64,000 bases of DNA, from contig CAVWCX010000036.1 of NCBI GenBank assembly GCA_963753595.1, positions 150,349-214,348 on the forward strand, given 5' to 3'. The notes beneath the pieces were generated by a model that made no database searches, was not told the origin of the DNA, and saw only the letters and a list, made by a program, of their open reading frames with translations. Numbering within the stretch: position 1 is the stretch's first letter; every line of letters begins with the position of its first letter. The DNA is from Candidatus Methanoperedenaceae archaeon. Its GTDB lineage: Archaea; Halobacteriota; Methanosarcinia; Methanosarcinales; Methanoperedenaceae. The translations under genes and the position numbers were made by a program. Shown in pieces: positions 50,728 through 60,347 of this stretch.

Positions 50728-50840
50728 TAGTGTTTTAATGGTTAATAAATATTACTCTGGTAATGCTTAAGCTATATAATGTCGGATTGAGGGAAGTCTT
50801 TATATATTTACCTGCACCTGTAATACAATAGGTAGTTAAT

Positions 50841-51092
50841 ATGAAGAAACAGACAACAGAAGAAAATCCTGATGCAATAGAGGGGAAGCAGTTACGCAAT
50901 AAAGCCACCATCTGTGCCACCGTGAGTCCGTGGCTGAAGAGAAAGCTTGAAGCACTGGTCAACGAAGGAGACGATTTCGCCTCCGTAAGTGACATTGTTA
51001 GTCTGGCATGCCATGAGTTCCTGATCAGGCACTTTCCTGACGAAGCATCAGAGAAGCCGACGGCTGCAGAGAAGAATACTAAATCAAAGTAA
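50841..51092 (+). CDS. RHH/CopG-like regulator
   Basis: L..LV.EG..FASVSDIV..A..EFL. Confidence 0.7.
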   Translation: MKKQTTEENPDAIEGKQLRNKATICATVSPWLKRKLEALVNEGDDFASVSDIVSLACHEFLIRHFPDEASEKPTAAEKNTKSK

Positions 51093-51347
51093 AGTGCGGG
51101 CAGAGGGGATGGGGATCAAGTCCCATCGTATTATGCCTTACTGATGAACACTTTTTTTATCTCGTTCTTTTTAAATATAACCTTATCACTCATTTTTTCT
51201 TCAAGCTCCTTCGCTACGTTGAAGTGCCTGTAAACACAGTTTGTTATCCCAATCATCCGAAGTCATATTTAATTTATAATCAGGTACCCTGAATGTAAAA
51301 ATACCATAAAAGGCAAAACACTTTCACCCCGCTCACCAAGGATTAAT

Positions 51348-51599
51348 ATGCCTTGTAGTGATAGGGGTAGTTGGGTAATTATAAAAACGAACGGTACGGA
51401 AGGAGAGATAATTTTGAGTAAAAAGGGACAAAATAGTAACAACAAAAACCTTGTTGTGGAATTAGAGAAAAAGCTTATTGAACGGATAGAGTATCTGGTC
51501 AAAGAGGCAAAACAGTTCAAGTCGCGGGACGACTTCATAGAACTTGCGTGCCATGAGTTTTTGGTGCGAAGTAACCCGGCGGGTGAACTGCATAGTTAA
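51348..51599 (+). CDS. RHH/CopG-like regulator, paralogue of 50841 (start probably later)
   Basis: Shares LACHEFL.R with the upstream gene. Confidence 0.65.
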   Translation: MPCSDRGSWVIIKTNGTEGEIILSKKGQNSNNKNLVVELEKKLIERIEYLVKEAKQFKSRDDFIELACHEFLVRSNPAGELHS

Positions 51600-51602
51600 G
51601 GC

Positions 51603-51627
51603 AGGGCGGGTCGCCCTCTTTTTTTTT
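51603..51627 (+). terminator. Hairpin + T-tract
   Basis: AGGGCG-GGT-CGCCCT followed by a T run. Confidence 0.55.
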
Positions 51628-51659
51628 AGTGATACAATAGTAAAACTTAAATATTCTAT

Positions 51660-51684
51660 ATTACAATAGTCATGCTATTGTAAT
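51660..51684. promoter_or_regulatory. Perfect inverted-repeat operator candidate
   Basis: ATTACAATAG-TCATG-CTATTGTAAT immediately before ATG 51686. Confidence 0.6.
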
Positions 51685-51685
51685 T

Positions 51686-51838
51686 ATGACGACGAAACAA
51701 GAACTTGCAAACGACCCAGATATAATAGCACTCTCTGCAATGAATGATGTGACATTTCGGCTATTGTCCCCTCTTTTGCAAAGTGTGGTTGAGATATCAC
51801 GAAAGCTTGTTGCCGAGTATCCTGCCAACAAACAATAG
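51686..51838 (+). CDS. 50-aa hypothetical protein (below the ORF track cutoff)
   Basis: MTTKQELANDPDII...YPANKQ*, followed by a T-tract. Confidence 0.45.
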   Translation: MTTKQELANDPDIIALSAMNDVTFRLLSPLLQSVVEISRKLVAEYPANKQ

Positions 51839-51957
51839 GTTTTTTATTTTATTACCATGGGCGAGTGACATATCCATACTAAGCCAGCAAGGTTCTGATA
51901 GGAAGGTGACTGTGCGAACTGTAGCATCTATCATCCCGGCACAGGTGTATGAAACTT

Positions 51958-52686
51958 CTACATTTTTAAGATTCTAATTTCAGATATATCATTTTCTTTT
52001 ATTGATATTTTATATTTTTTCCTTATTTCATCTATATCTTGATCAGAGAATTCAACTTCTATTGGGAAACATAAGTTAGGCATATTCCTAAACTTAATTG
52101 ATCGATCTAATTCAATAATAGATACTCTGCAATTATGATTTAACGTTTCAGAATATTCATTAAATAAGATTTCCCAATCTTTTTTATTAATATAATTTGG
52201 TCTATGAACTTTTGCATAGTCATTAGCGAATTGTTCAATTTTTAAATATCGTGACAACGATAACTCCAAAATCTCTTTATCCAGAGTTCCATACAATCTG
52301 TTACTGCCATGAAGCATTCGCCAATAAGAATCATTTTTATGACCTATTTCATGGAAAAATAGATACTCGGTAACAATACTTGAGATGACCTTTGTTATCT
52401 TTCCCATTTTACGCACTTGAGCCAGATTTAGGACTACAATATCATCTTCAAAATCATATTCACATTCTTCGTTTTCTTCGTCTACAAATTTAATTAATTG
52501 ATTGTGTTTGGGATCTTTTTGCGGTACATTCAAAAGATTTACATTTATTCTGTTTATCAACATAATCGAATCAGACATCAATATTTTCTCCACAGTCATC
52601 AAACCCGTGATAAATCTGGGCGCTGATGCGTCCATACGCGGGGTGTTGGACGCCGCACTTCGTGCGCCGCCTCGAACATTAACCAA
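51958..52686 (-). CDS. HExxH metallopeptidase-like protein (start probably about 52563-52600)
   Basis: FHEIGH plus downstream E..AN.YA; next to the integrase; low GC. Confidence 0.55.
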   Translation of the reverse strand: MVNVRGGARSAASNTPRMDASAPRFITGLMTVEKILMSDSIMLINRINVNLLNVPQKDPKHNQLIKFVDEENEECEYDFEDDIVVLNLAQVRKMGKITKVISSIVTEYLFFHEIGHKNDSYWRMLHGSNRLYGTLDKEILELSLSRYLKIEQFANDYAKVHRPNYINKKDWEILFNEYSETLNHNCRVSIIELDRSIKFRNMPNLCFPIEVEFSDQDIDEIRKKYKISIKENDISEIRILKM

Positions 52687-52749
52687 CGTTCAATGAACAC
52701 GAGCCAAGCGCTAGGCTCTGGAACAAGCAAAATTATATCATGGTTTTGA

Positions 52750-53958
52750 TCACTTATTCATCATCTCCTTGAGGAGTGCCCTCACTTCCGGGCTATCCAT
52801 CATCTTTAGGAGCGCTTTCTGGGCATGATCTTCCCCGACCTTTAGCTCTTTGTCGAGACCCGCATCCAATACGAGAGCGCATTGATGGCACATTCGCGCC
52901 TCTGGAACAAGGACTGTGTGGCAACGCGGACACTGCTTCAGTGTTACCGGCTTATCGTCTTCAGATCTAAGACCATGCTTAGCGTATATCGACTTGACCA
53001 TGTCCCCATCTCTGAAATTGCCATAAATCCTGAGCATCCTGTCGCTGTCCGGAGCCCAACCCGCCTGAAATTTTATCTGCTGATCATTGAACCCTTTTAA
53101 GATCATGTCCGTGACACCCTGATGCCTGAAGAGATGGAAAAAGACTCTTTTCTTTAGCCCTGCGCTTTCTGCGATACGAGCAAGGGTCATTCTCAATGTG
53201 TTATATGCCATCGCTTTATGTTTATCCTTACCCGTGAGGTTCACCCAAAGTGGCGCTTCCGGATCATCTTTACAAGGGTGTACGCTGATCCACTGATTAA
53301 GAAAACCCGTGCTCCATGTTAACGGGACCGGCTTAGGCTTTGTGGTCTTCAAGTTCTGACTCGTGGGGCTCATATATAGCAGAGCGCCATGTTGGTTGAA
53401 CTCTATCCCTTTTATCCTGAGTGTTCCAAGCGCACCTATCCGCATCGTGCTGTCAAGAGCTACTGCTACTAGAGCCTTATCTCTCGGTTGAATGCAAGCA
53501 TCAAGTAACTTATCAAGTTGCACCTTAGTAAACAAGTCACTAGGCTGAACTGGCGTCTCCTTATGCGGCAAGTGAATCTCCCTAACCCATTTTGGTGAAT
53601 CGTTATTTGTAACCAATTTGAAGAGCTTCTTCGTGACTTTACGGTAGTTGTAGTCAACCATCCCCTTTGCTTCCAGGTTATCTATCAACCTATCGTAATC
53701 GTTCTCTGTGATAGTATCCAAGTCTTTGTTATAGAAGAGCGCCATCCTGAGCACGATATTCAAATCGTTCATATATGTGCTCTTCTTGTTCCCATTCTTC
53801 TTGCTGCTCTTGACGAAACTTGTTATTAACTCTCTGTTCCTTTCCGAGATGTTGGCTTCGTTCAGTCTTCTAACCGCAGCTTCATACCCCTTATCAAAAC
53901 CATGAATATCATCTGGATTGCTCATACACCATATATTTTCGCGGGGGATTATATACAT
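52750..53958 (-). CDS. Tyrosine integrase with C-terminal zinc ribbon (start probably 53925)
   Basis: TMRIGAL, HLFRH, AGW...S..ML..Y, CPRC..CHQC; adjacent to tRNA 3' end. Confidence 0.92.
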   Translation of the reverse strand: MYIIPRENIWCMSNPDDIHGFDKGYEAAVRRLNEANISERNRELITSFVKSSKKNGNKKSTYMNDLNIVLRMALFYNKDLDTITENDYDRLIDNLEAKGMVDYNYRKVTKKLFKLVTNNDSPKWVREIHLPHKETPVQPSDLFTKVQLDKLLDACIQPRDKALVAVALDSTMRIGALGTLRIKGIEFNQHGALLYMSPTSQNLKTTKPKPVPLTWSTGFLNQWISVHPCKDDPEAPLWVNLTGKDKHKAMAYNTLRMTLARIAESAGLKKRVFFHLFRHQGVTDMILKGFNDQQIKFQAGWAPDSDRMLRIYGNFRDGDMVKSIYAKHGLRSEDDKPVTLKQCPRCHTVLVPEARMCHQCALVLDAGLDKELKVGEDHAQKALLKMMDSPEVRALLKEMMNK

Positions 53959-53966
53959 GATGTGTA

Positions 53967-54039
53967 TAGTCCCGGGCGGATTCGAACCGTCGTCTCCGGC
54001 TCCAAAGGCCAGAAGGATTGACCACTACCCTACGGGACT
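53967..54039 (-). tRNA. tRNA-Gln (TTG)
   Basis: AGTCCCG acceptor stem, anticodon loop CT-TTG-GA, GGTTCGAATCC T-arm. Confidence 0.95.
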
Positions 54040-54082
54040 GAACCCTAAATCGTAACTAAACTACTTATTCTTTATGGGAACT

Positions 54083-54562
54083 TTATAAGTACGCCCTTCT
54101 GAGCCTGTCCTTATGTTCTTTATATTTCCTTCTAAAAGATGCATCCTCACTCATAATATCAACCTGCTGCCTGAGTTTTTGCTCAAGCTGTGCCTGTTTA
54201 CTTGAGAGATGTTCCTTACACAAAAGGTTGGATGAATCGGATGAAAAATTCTGCATCCCTGCCATAATTACTGATATTTTCCTGTCAATGGGAGTAACAG
54301 TGCCGAAAGGCACAGGAGATCCATTTTTCATTATTTTTTCAAGATCTTCATCGAACTTTGACACTTTCATTCCAACCGCAACAGATTCTCCAGGGCTTAC
54401 TTCTTCGGATTTTATCTGCCATAGCTTTTTTTCGCCGGCAATGAATGTGTCATTATATTCCCGGTTAATACCGCTTAATACGCGCCATCCCGATTTATTT
54501 TTGCTCTTATCGTAGGTTTCTTTCATCTTCCCCATCAGGGAACTTACGCTTTTTATCGCCAT
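54083..54562 (-). CDS. Hypothetical archaeal protein
   Basis: ORF coupled to the AAA ATPase. Confidence 0.7.
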   Translation of the reverse strand: MAIKSVSSLMGKMKETYDKSKNKSGWRVLSGINREYNDTFIAGEKKLWQIKSEEVSPGESVAVGMKVSKFDEDLEKIMKNGSPVPFGTVTPIDRKISVIMAGMQNFSSDSSNLLCKEHLSSKQAQLEQKLRQQVDIMSEDASFRRKYKEHKDRLRRAYL

Positions 54563-55671
54563 TATGCGAACATACCTCTTGGCGGCTCTGATCTCTTGCA
54601 GAGCGATTCGGAAAGTGCTGCCTCAAAATGTGCCATCTTTACTTTGCCGCCTTTTAGTATGGCTTTATGCAATGCGTTCTTTAACAACTTTTCGACAAGG
54701 TCTCTTCCTGAAAAACCCGGCGTGAGTTTTGCAAGGGCTTCGAGATCCACATCCCTTGCCAGTTTCTTCGGGAATGTCCCTGTATAAAACTTCAATATTT
54801 CAACCCTTTCCTCAATTGTTGGCAGGGAGAATTCAATTTCCTCTTCAAACCGGCTGCGTATCGCGGAATCAAGCGTATGGAGCATGTTTGTCGCCGCAAT
54901 AGTGCATATCCCTTCATGTTCATCTATCCCATCCAATTCGGTGAGGAGGGAATTGACTATTTCTGATACATCACCGCGTATCTCCTGGTAATTCCTGTTG
55001 AGGGCGATAGCATCAAATTCATCGATGAATATAATGCAGGGGGACATTTCGTCCGCTTTTTCATATAACTGGTGAATTTGCCGTGCCCCGTCGCCAACGT
55101 ATTCCCCTATGAGTTTTGTGGCGCGCACAGGCAGGAAAGTGACATCGGTGGCAGTTGCTAATGCTTTTGCCATCATGGTTTTTCCTGTTCCTGCAGGTCC
55201 GTGGAACAAAATATTCCTGGGCACCCATGTCCCGAATTTCTCAGGATTTTTAAGAAAACTTTCAATAAGCTTGCATTTCTGTTTTGCTTTCTCCTGCCCG
55301 ATGATATTCTTGAAAGTGACTTCTTTTTTCATTTCAGGAACGAAGAAATCGATCTCATAATCTTCAACTGTGAATTTCGTATTTTCCCCGATCTCAGAAT
55401 TATCAGGTTCAACTTCAATTACCTTAAAAGCAAAATCAGGGAACATTCTCCTGTCAAACAGGAAGTCTCCTTTTTTTATTATGAATCCATTCCACTGCTC
55501 TCTTGCATAGAACTCAAATACATCAAGCTCCGAGGTTTCAGGATATTCATGGAACATTCCTTTCAAGGGGTAACCGGCAGGTTTTACTGTTACCGTTTTT
55601 GCTCCCGTGCATTTAATGCCGGGCTCGTATTTGGCGCCTTTTTTATTATTTACCCGTTGTTTTGCTCGCAT
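54562..55671 (-). CDS. AAA+ ATPase (archaeal single-domain family)
   Basis: GPAGTGKT, IFIDEFD, AIRSRF. Confidence 0.9.
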   Translation of the reverse strand: MRAKQRVNNKKGAKYEPGIKCTGAKTVTVKPAGYPLKGMFHEYPETSELDVFEFYAREQWNGFIIKKGDFLFDRRMFPDFAFKVIEVEPDNSEIGENTKFTVEDYEIDFFVPEMKKEVTFKNIIGQEKAKQKCKLIESFLKNPEKFGTWVPRNILFHGPAGTGKTMMAKALATATDVTFLPVRATKLIGEYVGDGARQIHQLYEKADEMSPCIIFIDEFDAIALNRNYQEIRGDVSEIVNSLLTELDGIDEHEGICTIAATNMLHTLDSAIRSRFEEEIEFSLPTIEERVEILKFYTGTFPKKLARDVDLEALAKLTPGFSGRDLVEKLLKNALHKAILKGGKVKMAHFEAALSESLCKRSEPPRGMFA

Positions 55672-55712
55672 AATTCAATTATTGTCACGCATCTATTAAA
55701 CCATTACCCTGA

Positions 55713-56735
55713 TTATTGATTCTTCTGGAATTCTTTTATACCAATACATGTGTTTTTCAAAAGGTTGGATGCTAATTCCTGGGATGGCCATGAACCAAGT
55801 CCGCAGTCAGGACCTGCATATTTGATCCTGTCGCCAAATATCGAAAATGCCTTCTGGAGCCTATTTGCGATCATATGGGGAGTTTCCATCTGTGTTGTAA
55901 TTTCGTCTAACTTTGCAGGTTCTTTCCAGACATTCGTGTTATATTTTTCATTAAGTACTGCGGCCATTCCGAAAATATCAGTACGCGAAACCCCTATCCT
56001 TAAAAATTTATCATAATCCTCAAGGTCTTTTTTATCTATAAGGTCAAGATATGATGGATTGGCAGCGGATTCAACGCCGATTATCCCGATTGACGGGACC
56101 CTGCATACGAGTTTATAATGAAGCGGGGAATGAAGATGTATCTCAGTATCAATTTTATTTGAACCGGATGTTCTTGTGGCAAGTGTAAGTGCTTCTATCA
56201 TATCGCTATCATTGAACATGATCTGCGGGTTTATCCCGATACTTGGTTCATCTATCGAGATAACCGCGATCCGGAAGTTTTTTGCATTATCGATGGAATT
56301 ACTGATAAACCGGTCAATGCTTGTCGCAAATGCATTCAGGACATCTTTATAGGCAGTCCCTCCGAATTGCTTTAAATATAATTCTACAGGCCCTGTAACG
56401 CAAAGCCTTATATTTAATTTCTTTCCGGTTTTTTTTAAATATTGGACGCCTGTATCTTCTATTGCCGAAAGTTCCATTATCCTTGCCCTGTCCTTACGGA
56501 CAATGAGCGGCTCTTCCTGTGCAGATTCATCATTTATAATTTCAAGGAACATCTGGTTCATGTCCCGGAACTGGGGATATGTAGGAACATCAACGCCCGC
56601 ATCTATTTTCTGCTGCATTGCAGCTTTAAGGATATCTGGTAATTTCGGGTCATTGTTCTTCTGTGCCTGCTCTACCCATTCCCTGTTTATGCCCTTTGGC
56701 AGCGGGAAGCTTCCAATATCATCAAAAAGTATCAT
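55713..56735 (-). CDS. Core (MetE C-terminal-like) methionine synthase
   Basis: DDIGSFPLP, IDEPS, EIHLH, GPDCGL. Confidence 0.85.
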   Translation of the reverse strand: MILFDDIGSFPLPKGINREWVEQAQKNNDPKLPDILKAAMQQKIDAGVDVPTYPQFRDMNQMFLEIINDESAQEEPLIVRKDRARIMELSAIEDTGVQYLKKTGKKLNIRLCVTGPVELYLKQFGGTAYKDVLNAFATSIDRFISNSIDNAKNFRIAVISIDEPSIGINPQIMFNDSDMIEALTLATRTSGSNKIDTEIHLHSPLHYKLVCRVPSIGIIGVESAANPSYLDLIDKKDLEDYDKFLRIGVSRTDIFGMAAVLNEKYNTNVWKEPAKLDEITTQMETPHMIANRLQKAFSIFGDRIKYAGPDCGLGSWPSQELASNLLKNTCIGIKEFQKNQ

Positions 56736-56979
56736 ATTCCCAATGATTTCTTTCTACCAGTTTATAGTTATTGAATCCACAGGGTGTTTTGGCAGAAAGA
56801 GAAAACTGATTACATGTTCTCGTGAAAATACCTGATCCAAAATACCTGAAATTGTATTATATAAATAATATAATATCATTGGACGAAATGCTTATATAGA
56901 ATTACAAACAACGAGAATCTCTCGTACAATCACTTAAATTTGTACAGATTATCAGGTAAAATTTTAACGGAGGCTTATT

Positions 56980-58635
56980 ATGGCAGGACAATTAGGAGGA
57001 CAGCCGATCTTTATTTTAAGAGAAGGCAGTCAGAGAACAAAAGGAAGAGAAGCACAGAGTAATAACATCATGGCAGCTAAGGCCGTAGCAGCAGCAGTAA
57101 GGACCACCCTCGGACCAAAGGGAATGGACAAAATGCTTGTTGACTCGATGGGAGATATCGTAATCACCAACGACGGTGCAACCATTCTTAAGGAAATGGA
57201 TATCGAGCATCCCGCAGCCAAGATGATCGTTGAAGTCTCAAAGACCCAGGATGACGAGGTCGGAGACGGCACGACCACGGCAGCAGTTCTTGCAGGCGAA
57301 TTCTTAAAGAATGCAGAAGAACTTCTGGAACAGGGAGTACACCCTACAGTTATCGCAAGCGGATACAGGCTTGCATCTATAAAAGCAAAAGAGATCTTAA
57401 AGACCCTTGCAAGAAAAGTAACATCGGATGATAAAGAATTATTATACAATATCGCATCAACAGCAATAACCGGAAAGGCAGCTGAAGCATCCAGGGACGT
57501 TTTTTCAAATCTAGCGGTAAATGCTATCCTTTCAGTAGTTGATATTGAAAATGGCAAAAAAGTTGTGGATGTCGATGACATAAAAGTCGAGAAGAAAGTC
57601 GGCGGAAGCGTTGAAGATTCACAGTTGATCGAGGGCATGGTAATTGATAAGGAAAGGGTCCATACCAACATGCCAAAGAAAGTAACCAATGCAAGAATAT
57701 TACTTCTTAACGAAGCGCTTGAGATCAAGAAGACTGAAGTTGATGCAGAGATCTCAATAAAATCACCGGATCAGCTCCAGCTATTCCTTGACCAGGAAGA
57801 ACAGATGATCCACAACATGGTCACAAAAGTAATAGATTGCGGCGCTAATGTCGTATTTGTGCAAAAAGGCATTGACGATATTGCCCAGCATTATCTCGCA
57901 AAAGCCCAAATATATGCTGCAAGAAGAGTAAAGAAGAGCGATATGGAAAAACTCGCACGCGCAACAGGCGCCAAGATACTGACAAGCCTCAAAGAGATAA
58001 ATGATTCCGACCTTGGAAAAGCAGGCCTTGTCGAAGAAAAGAAGATCGGCGACGAAGCAATGACATACATAACAGAATGCCATAATCCAAAAGCAGTCTC
58101 AATAATCCTTCGCGGCGGAACAGAACACGTAGCTGATGAAGCAGAACGCGCATTACATGATGCACTTCGCGTTGTGGGCGTTGCAATAGAAGATGAGACA
58201 CTTGTAGCGGGCGGCGGCTCACCTGAAATTGAACTTGCATTGCGCCTTCGTGAATACGCAAGCACCTTAAAAGGAAGAGAACAATTAGCAGTTGCAAAGT
58301 TTGCAGATGCGCTTGAAGTTATCCCGAGAACACTTGCAGAGAATGCAGGCCTTGACCCCATAAACATGCTCGTTGAAATGAGAAGCCAGCATGAGAAAGG
58401 AAACAAGACAGCAGGTCTTAATGTGTTTACAGGTAAAGTCGTGGATATGTGGAAAGAAGGAGTTGTAGAGCCTCTCAGAGTAAAGACACAGGCCATCAGC
58501 TCTGGCACTGAAGCAGCCACAATGATACTTCGCATAGACGATGTCCTGTCCAGTAAATCCGCACCTGGCGGCGGCATGCCACCCGGCGGAATGGGTGGAA
58601 TGGGCGATATGGGTGGCATGGGCGGAATGGATTAA
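56980..58635 (+). CDS. thsA: Thermosome subunit (group II chaperonin)
   Basis: [19 protein letters not shown]-rich tail. Confidence 0.97.
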   Translation: MAGQLGGQPIFILREGSQRTKGREAQSNNIMAAKAVAAAVRTTLGPKGMDKMLVDSMGDIVITNDGATILKEMDIEHPAAKMIVEVSKTQDDEVGDGTTTAAVLAGEFLKNAEELLEQGVHPTVIASGYRLASIKAKEILKTLARKVTSDDKELLYNIASTAITGKAAEASRDVFSNLAVNAILSVVDIENGKKVVDVDDIKVEKKVGGSVEDSQLIEGMVIDKERVHTNMPKKVTNARILLLNEALEIKKTEVDAEISIKSPDQLQLFLDQEEQMIHNMVTKVIDCGANVVFVQKGIDDIAQHYLAKAQIYAARRVKKSDMEKLARATGAKILTSLKEINDSDLGKAGLVEEKKIGDEAMTYITECHNPKAVSIILRGGTEHVADEAERALHDALRVVGVAIEDETLVAGGGSPEIELALRLREYASTLKGREQLAVAKFADALEVIPRTLAENAGLDPINMLVEMRSQHEKGNKTAGLNVFTGKVVDMWKEGVVEPLRVKTQAISSGTEAATMILRIDDVLSSKSAPGGGMPPGGMGGMGDMGGMGGMD

Positions 58636-58664
58636 AAGCGGGTATTTCCCGCTTTCTTTTTTTT
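58636..58664 (+). terminator. Hairpin + T-tract after thermosome
   Basis: AAAGCGGG-TATTT-CCCGCTTT followed by a T run. Confidence 0.6.
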
Positions 58665-58675
58665 AGTGATCTCTA

Positions 58676-59821
58676 ATGGATATTCTTGATACTTCTGCAC
58701 ATTCCAAAGAAGAATCTGTAAGGATTCTTTCAAAAGAACTTGATAACAATCCTATTTTAATGCTTACCGGTCCACAGGGGGGAGGAAAGACCACTCTTGC
58801 GATCAAACTCCTTTCAGAAAATGTCGGCGCATATCTTGAAGGGAGAGGCAGAGCTGCCCAGCCTGTTGTCCTGATCCGGAAAGATCTTGTTGAAAAAATG
58901 AAAGTAGAGCTTTACGAAAAAAGAAAGCTTCCTATTTATGAAGGCGATGAGCAGGTTTGTGTTGATGTTTCCGTTTATGACCAGATAAAATTATTAGTTG
59001 AAAATATTTTTGATGTAATGGAACTTGGGGAGCCGGAACTTATCAAGCAGATCACCCTGCTGACCGAAAAAATGGGTGTTGTTCCAAAGGCCATCGAACT
59101 TGTGGCAAGCGATGAGGAACTCGTAAAAAGAAGACTTGCAAGGCATCTTGATGCAAAGGAACGTCTTACGATGCTGGTCGAAAAAGAGAAAAAGTATGGC
59201 ATCGAGTCAAACCTCTGGGGGATCCAGGGAGCAAAGATCACTGACATAATAAATCGTGATGGTGTGACGGATTATGATGAAGACCAGATATCAAGGACCA
59301 TCAGGGATTTTGACAGGGTCATCCCAACAAAAGATATGACACTTGAGGATTGCCTCCGGACGATGATAGAAATATCAAATGATGAAAATAAAGAGAGCGG
59401 TTTTCTTGTCGAGCACTCGGATGAGGGCGAAAGGATAATAAGCGATATTATTGTGGGAAAAGGTGCGAATTCCATAATTGGCGTAACGCTTCTTGAAATA
59501 TATGTGGGTTTTCGCCAGAACAGGTCTCTTTATCGTGCTTATAAACATGCAAAAGAAGGAAAACTTGAGGTCATTCATTCATACACACCAATGCTTCAGG
59601 AATTTGAGTATAATGCAAATCCCTGGAATCCTCCTATCTCTATTGAAATTCCAGTATTGTCTTCGGCTGATATCGCAGCTTCGGAAAGGTTTGACATAAT
59701 TGTTTCTGTGATCAGGCCGGATGGTATTGTGGAATCCTCCAATAAGAAAAGGAAGAAGGAGTTAGAAGAGATCATTGATGGAATTTTTGGGGAAGAGGAT
59801 TTAGATTCAGTTACCGAATAA
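58676..59821 (+). CDS. P-loop protein with possible degenerate JAB/MPN C-terminal domain
   Basis: GPQGGGKTT; ESGF ... IHSY ... LSSAD. Confidence 0.55.
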   Translation: MDILDTSAHSKEESVRILSKELDNNPILMLTGPQGGGKTTLAIKLLSENVGAYLEGRGRAAQPVVLIRKDLVEKMKVELYEKRKLPIYEGDEQVCVDVSVYDQIKLLVENIFDVMELGEPELIKQITLLTEKMGVVPKAIELVASDEELVKRRLARHLDAKERLTMLVEKEKKYGIESNLWGIQGAKITDIINRDGVTDYDEDQISRTIRDFDRVIPTKDMTLEDCLRTMIEISNDENKESGFLVEHSDEGERIISDIIVGKGANSIIGVTLLEIYVGFRQNRSLYRAYKHAKEGKLEVIHSYTPMLQEFEYNANPWNPPISIEIPVLSSADIAASERFDIIVSVIRPDGIVESSNKKRKKELEEIIDGIFGEEDLDSVTE

Positions 59822-60213
59822 TATTTAACACTTTTTACATCAGCATTACGGCGCCGGGGTGATACCCCGGACCCCAATGGATGCGCCGCCTCTGGCGGAG
59901 TATAGCCTTAGATGACCAGTTGATCCGGTTGCATGTATGACCTCTCCTTTTAGCAGTAACACTGGCACAGGTTACGCGCCTTGACCGCGCCCGGGATTCC
60001 CGCCATTGAAGCCGCAGGGTGAGGGGGCTGGAGATAGAATACGAATTTAGAGGCAGGAAAAATAACAACTTTGTAAATTACCGTAGTTCCGGCGCTTCAC
60101 TCCCAAACAAACAAAAAGCGCCCAGAAATCCAAATATTCACAATCATCTTACATTTGCGCCAAAAATGTCTCCTCTCATATACTGGAGCTTAGGACTAAC
60201 ACTATTTAGAAGA

Positions 60214-60286
60214 TAGCCCGGCAAGGATTCGAACCTTGGTCGCAGGATCCAGAGTCCCGCATGATTGACCGCTACACTACCGGGCT
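60214..60286 (-). tRNA. tRNA-Gln (CTG)
   Basis: AGCCCGG acceptor stem, anticodon loop CT-CTG-GA, GGTTCGAATCC T-arm. Confidence 0.95.
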
Positions 60287-60347
60287 TCGAACAGCGGCCT
60301 AAATAATAGCTTTTTACGTATTAATCTATCGATGACTTCATTCATCT

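Larger units (their letters stand above)
25049..53966 (-). mobile_element. Integrated virus-like element adjacent to tRNA-Gln(TTG); left boundary uncertain
   Basis: Integrase right after the tRNA 3' end; RHH regulators, MCM, terminase, primase and co-oriented small genes. Confidence 0.8.

Noticed and set aside
53967-54039. Duplicated tRNA 3' end (att site) delimiting the element
   Set aside because: I could not find a second copy by eye within the window, so the left boundary is not called; it may be outside the window or lost.
57030-58619. Long antisense ORFs over the thermosome (and similar ones over MCM, UvrD and SNF2)
   Set aside because: Shadow ORFs caused by codon bias of the real genes; they show no motifs.
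59849-60032. SRP RNA, RNase P RNA or HDV/theta ribozyme
   Set aside because: The SRP helix 8 motif, the RNase P GAGGAAAGTCC signature and a consistent HDV P1/P3 pairing are absent.
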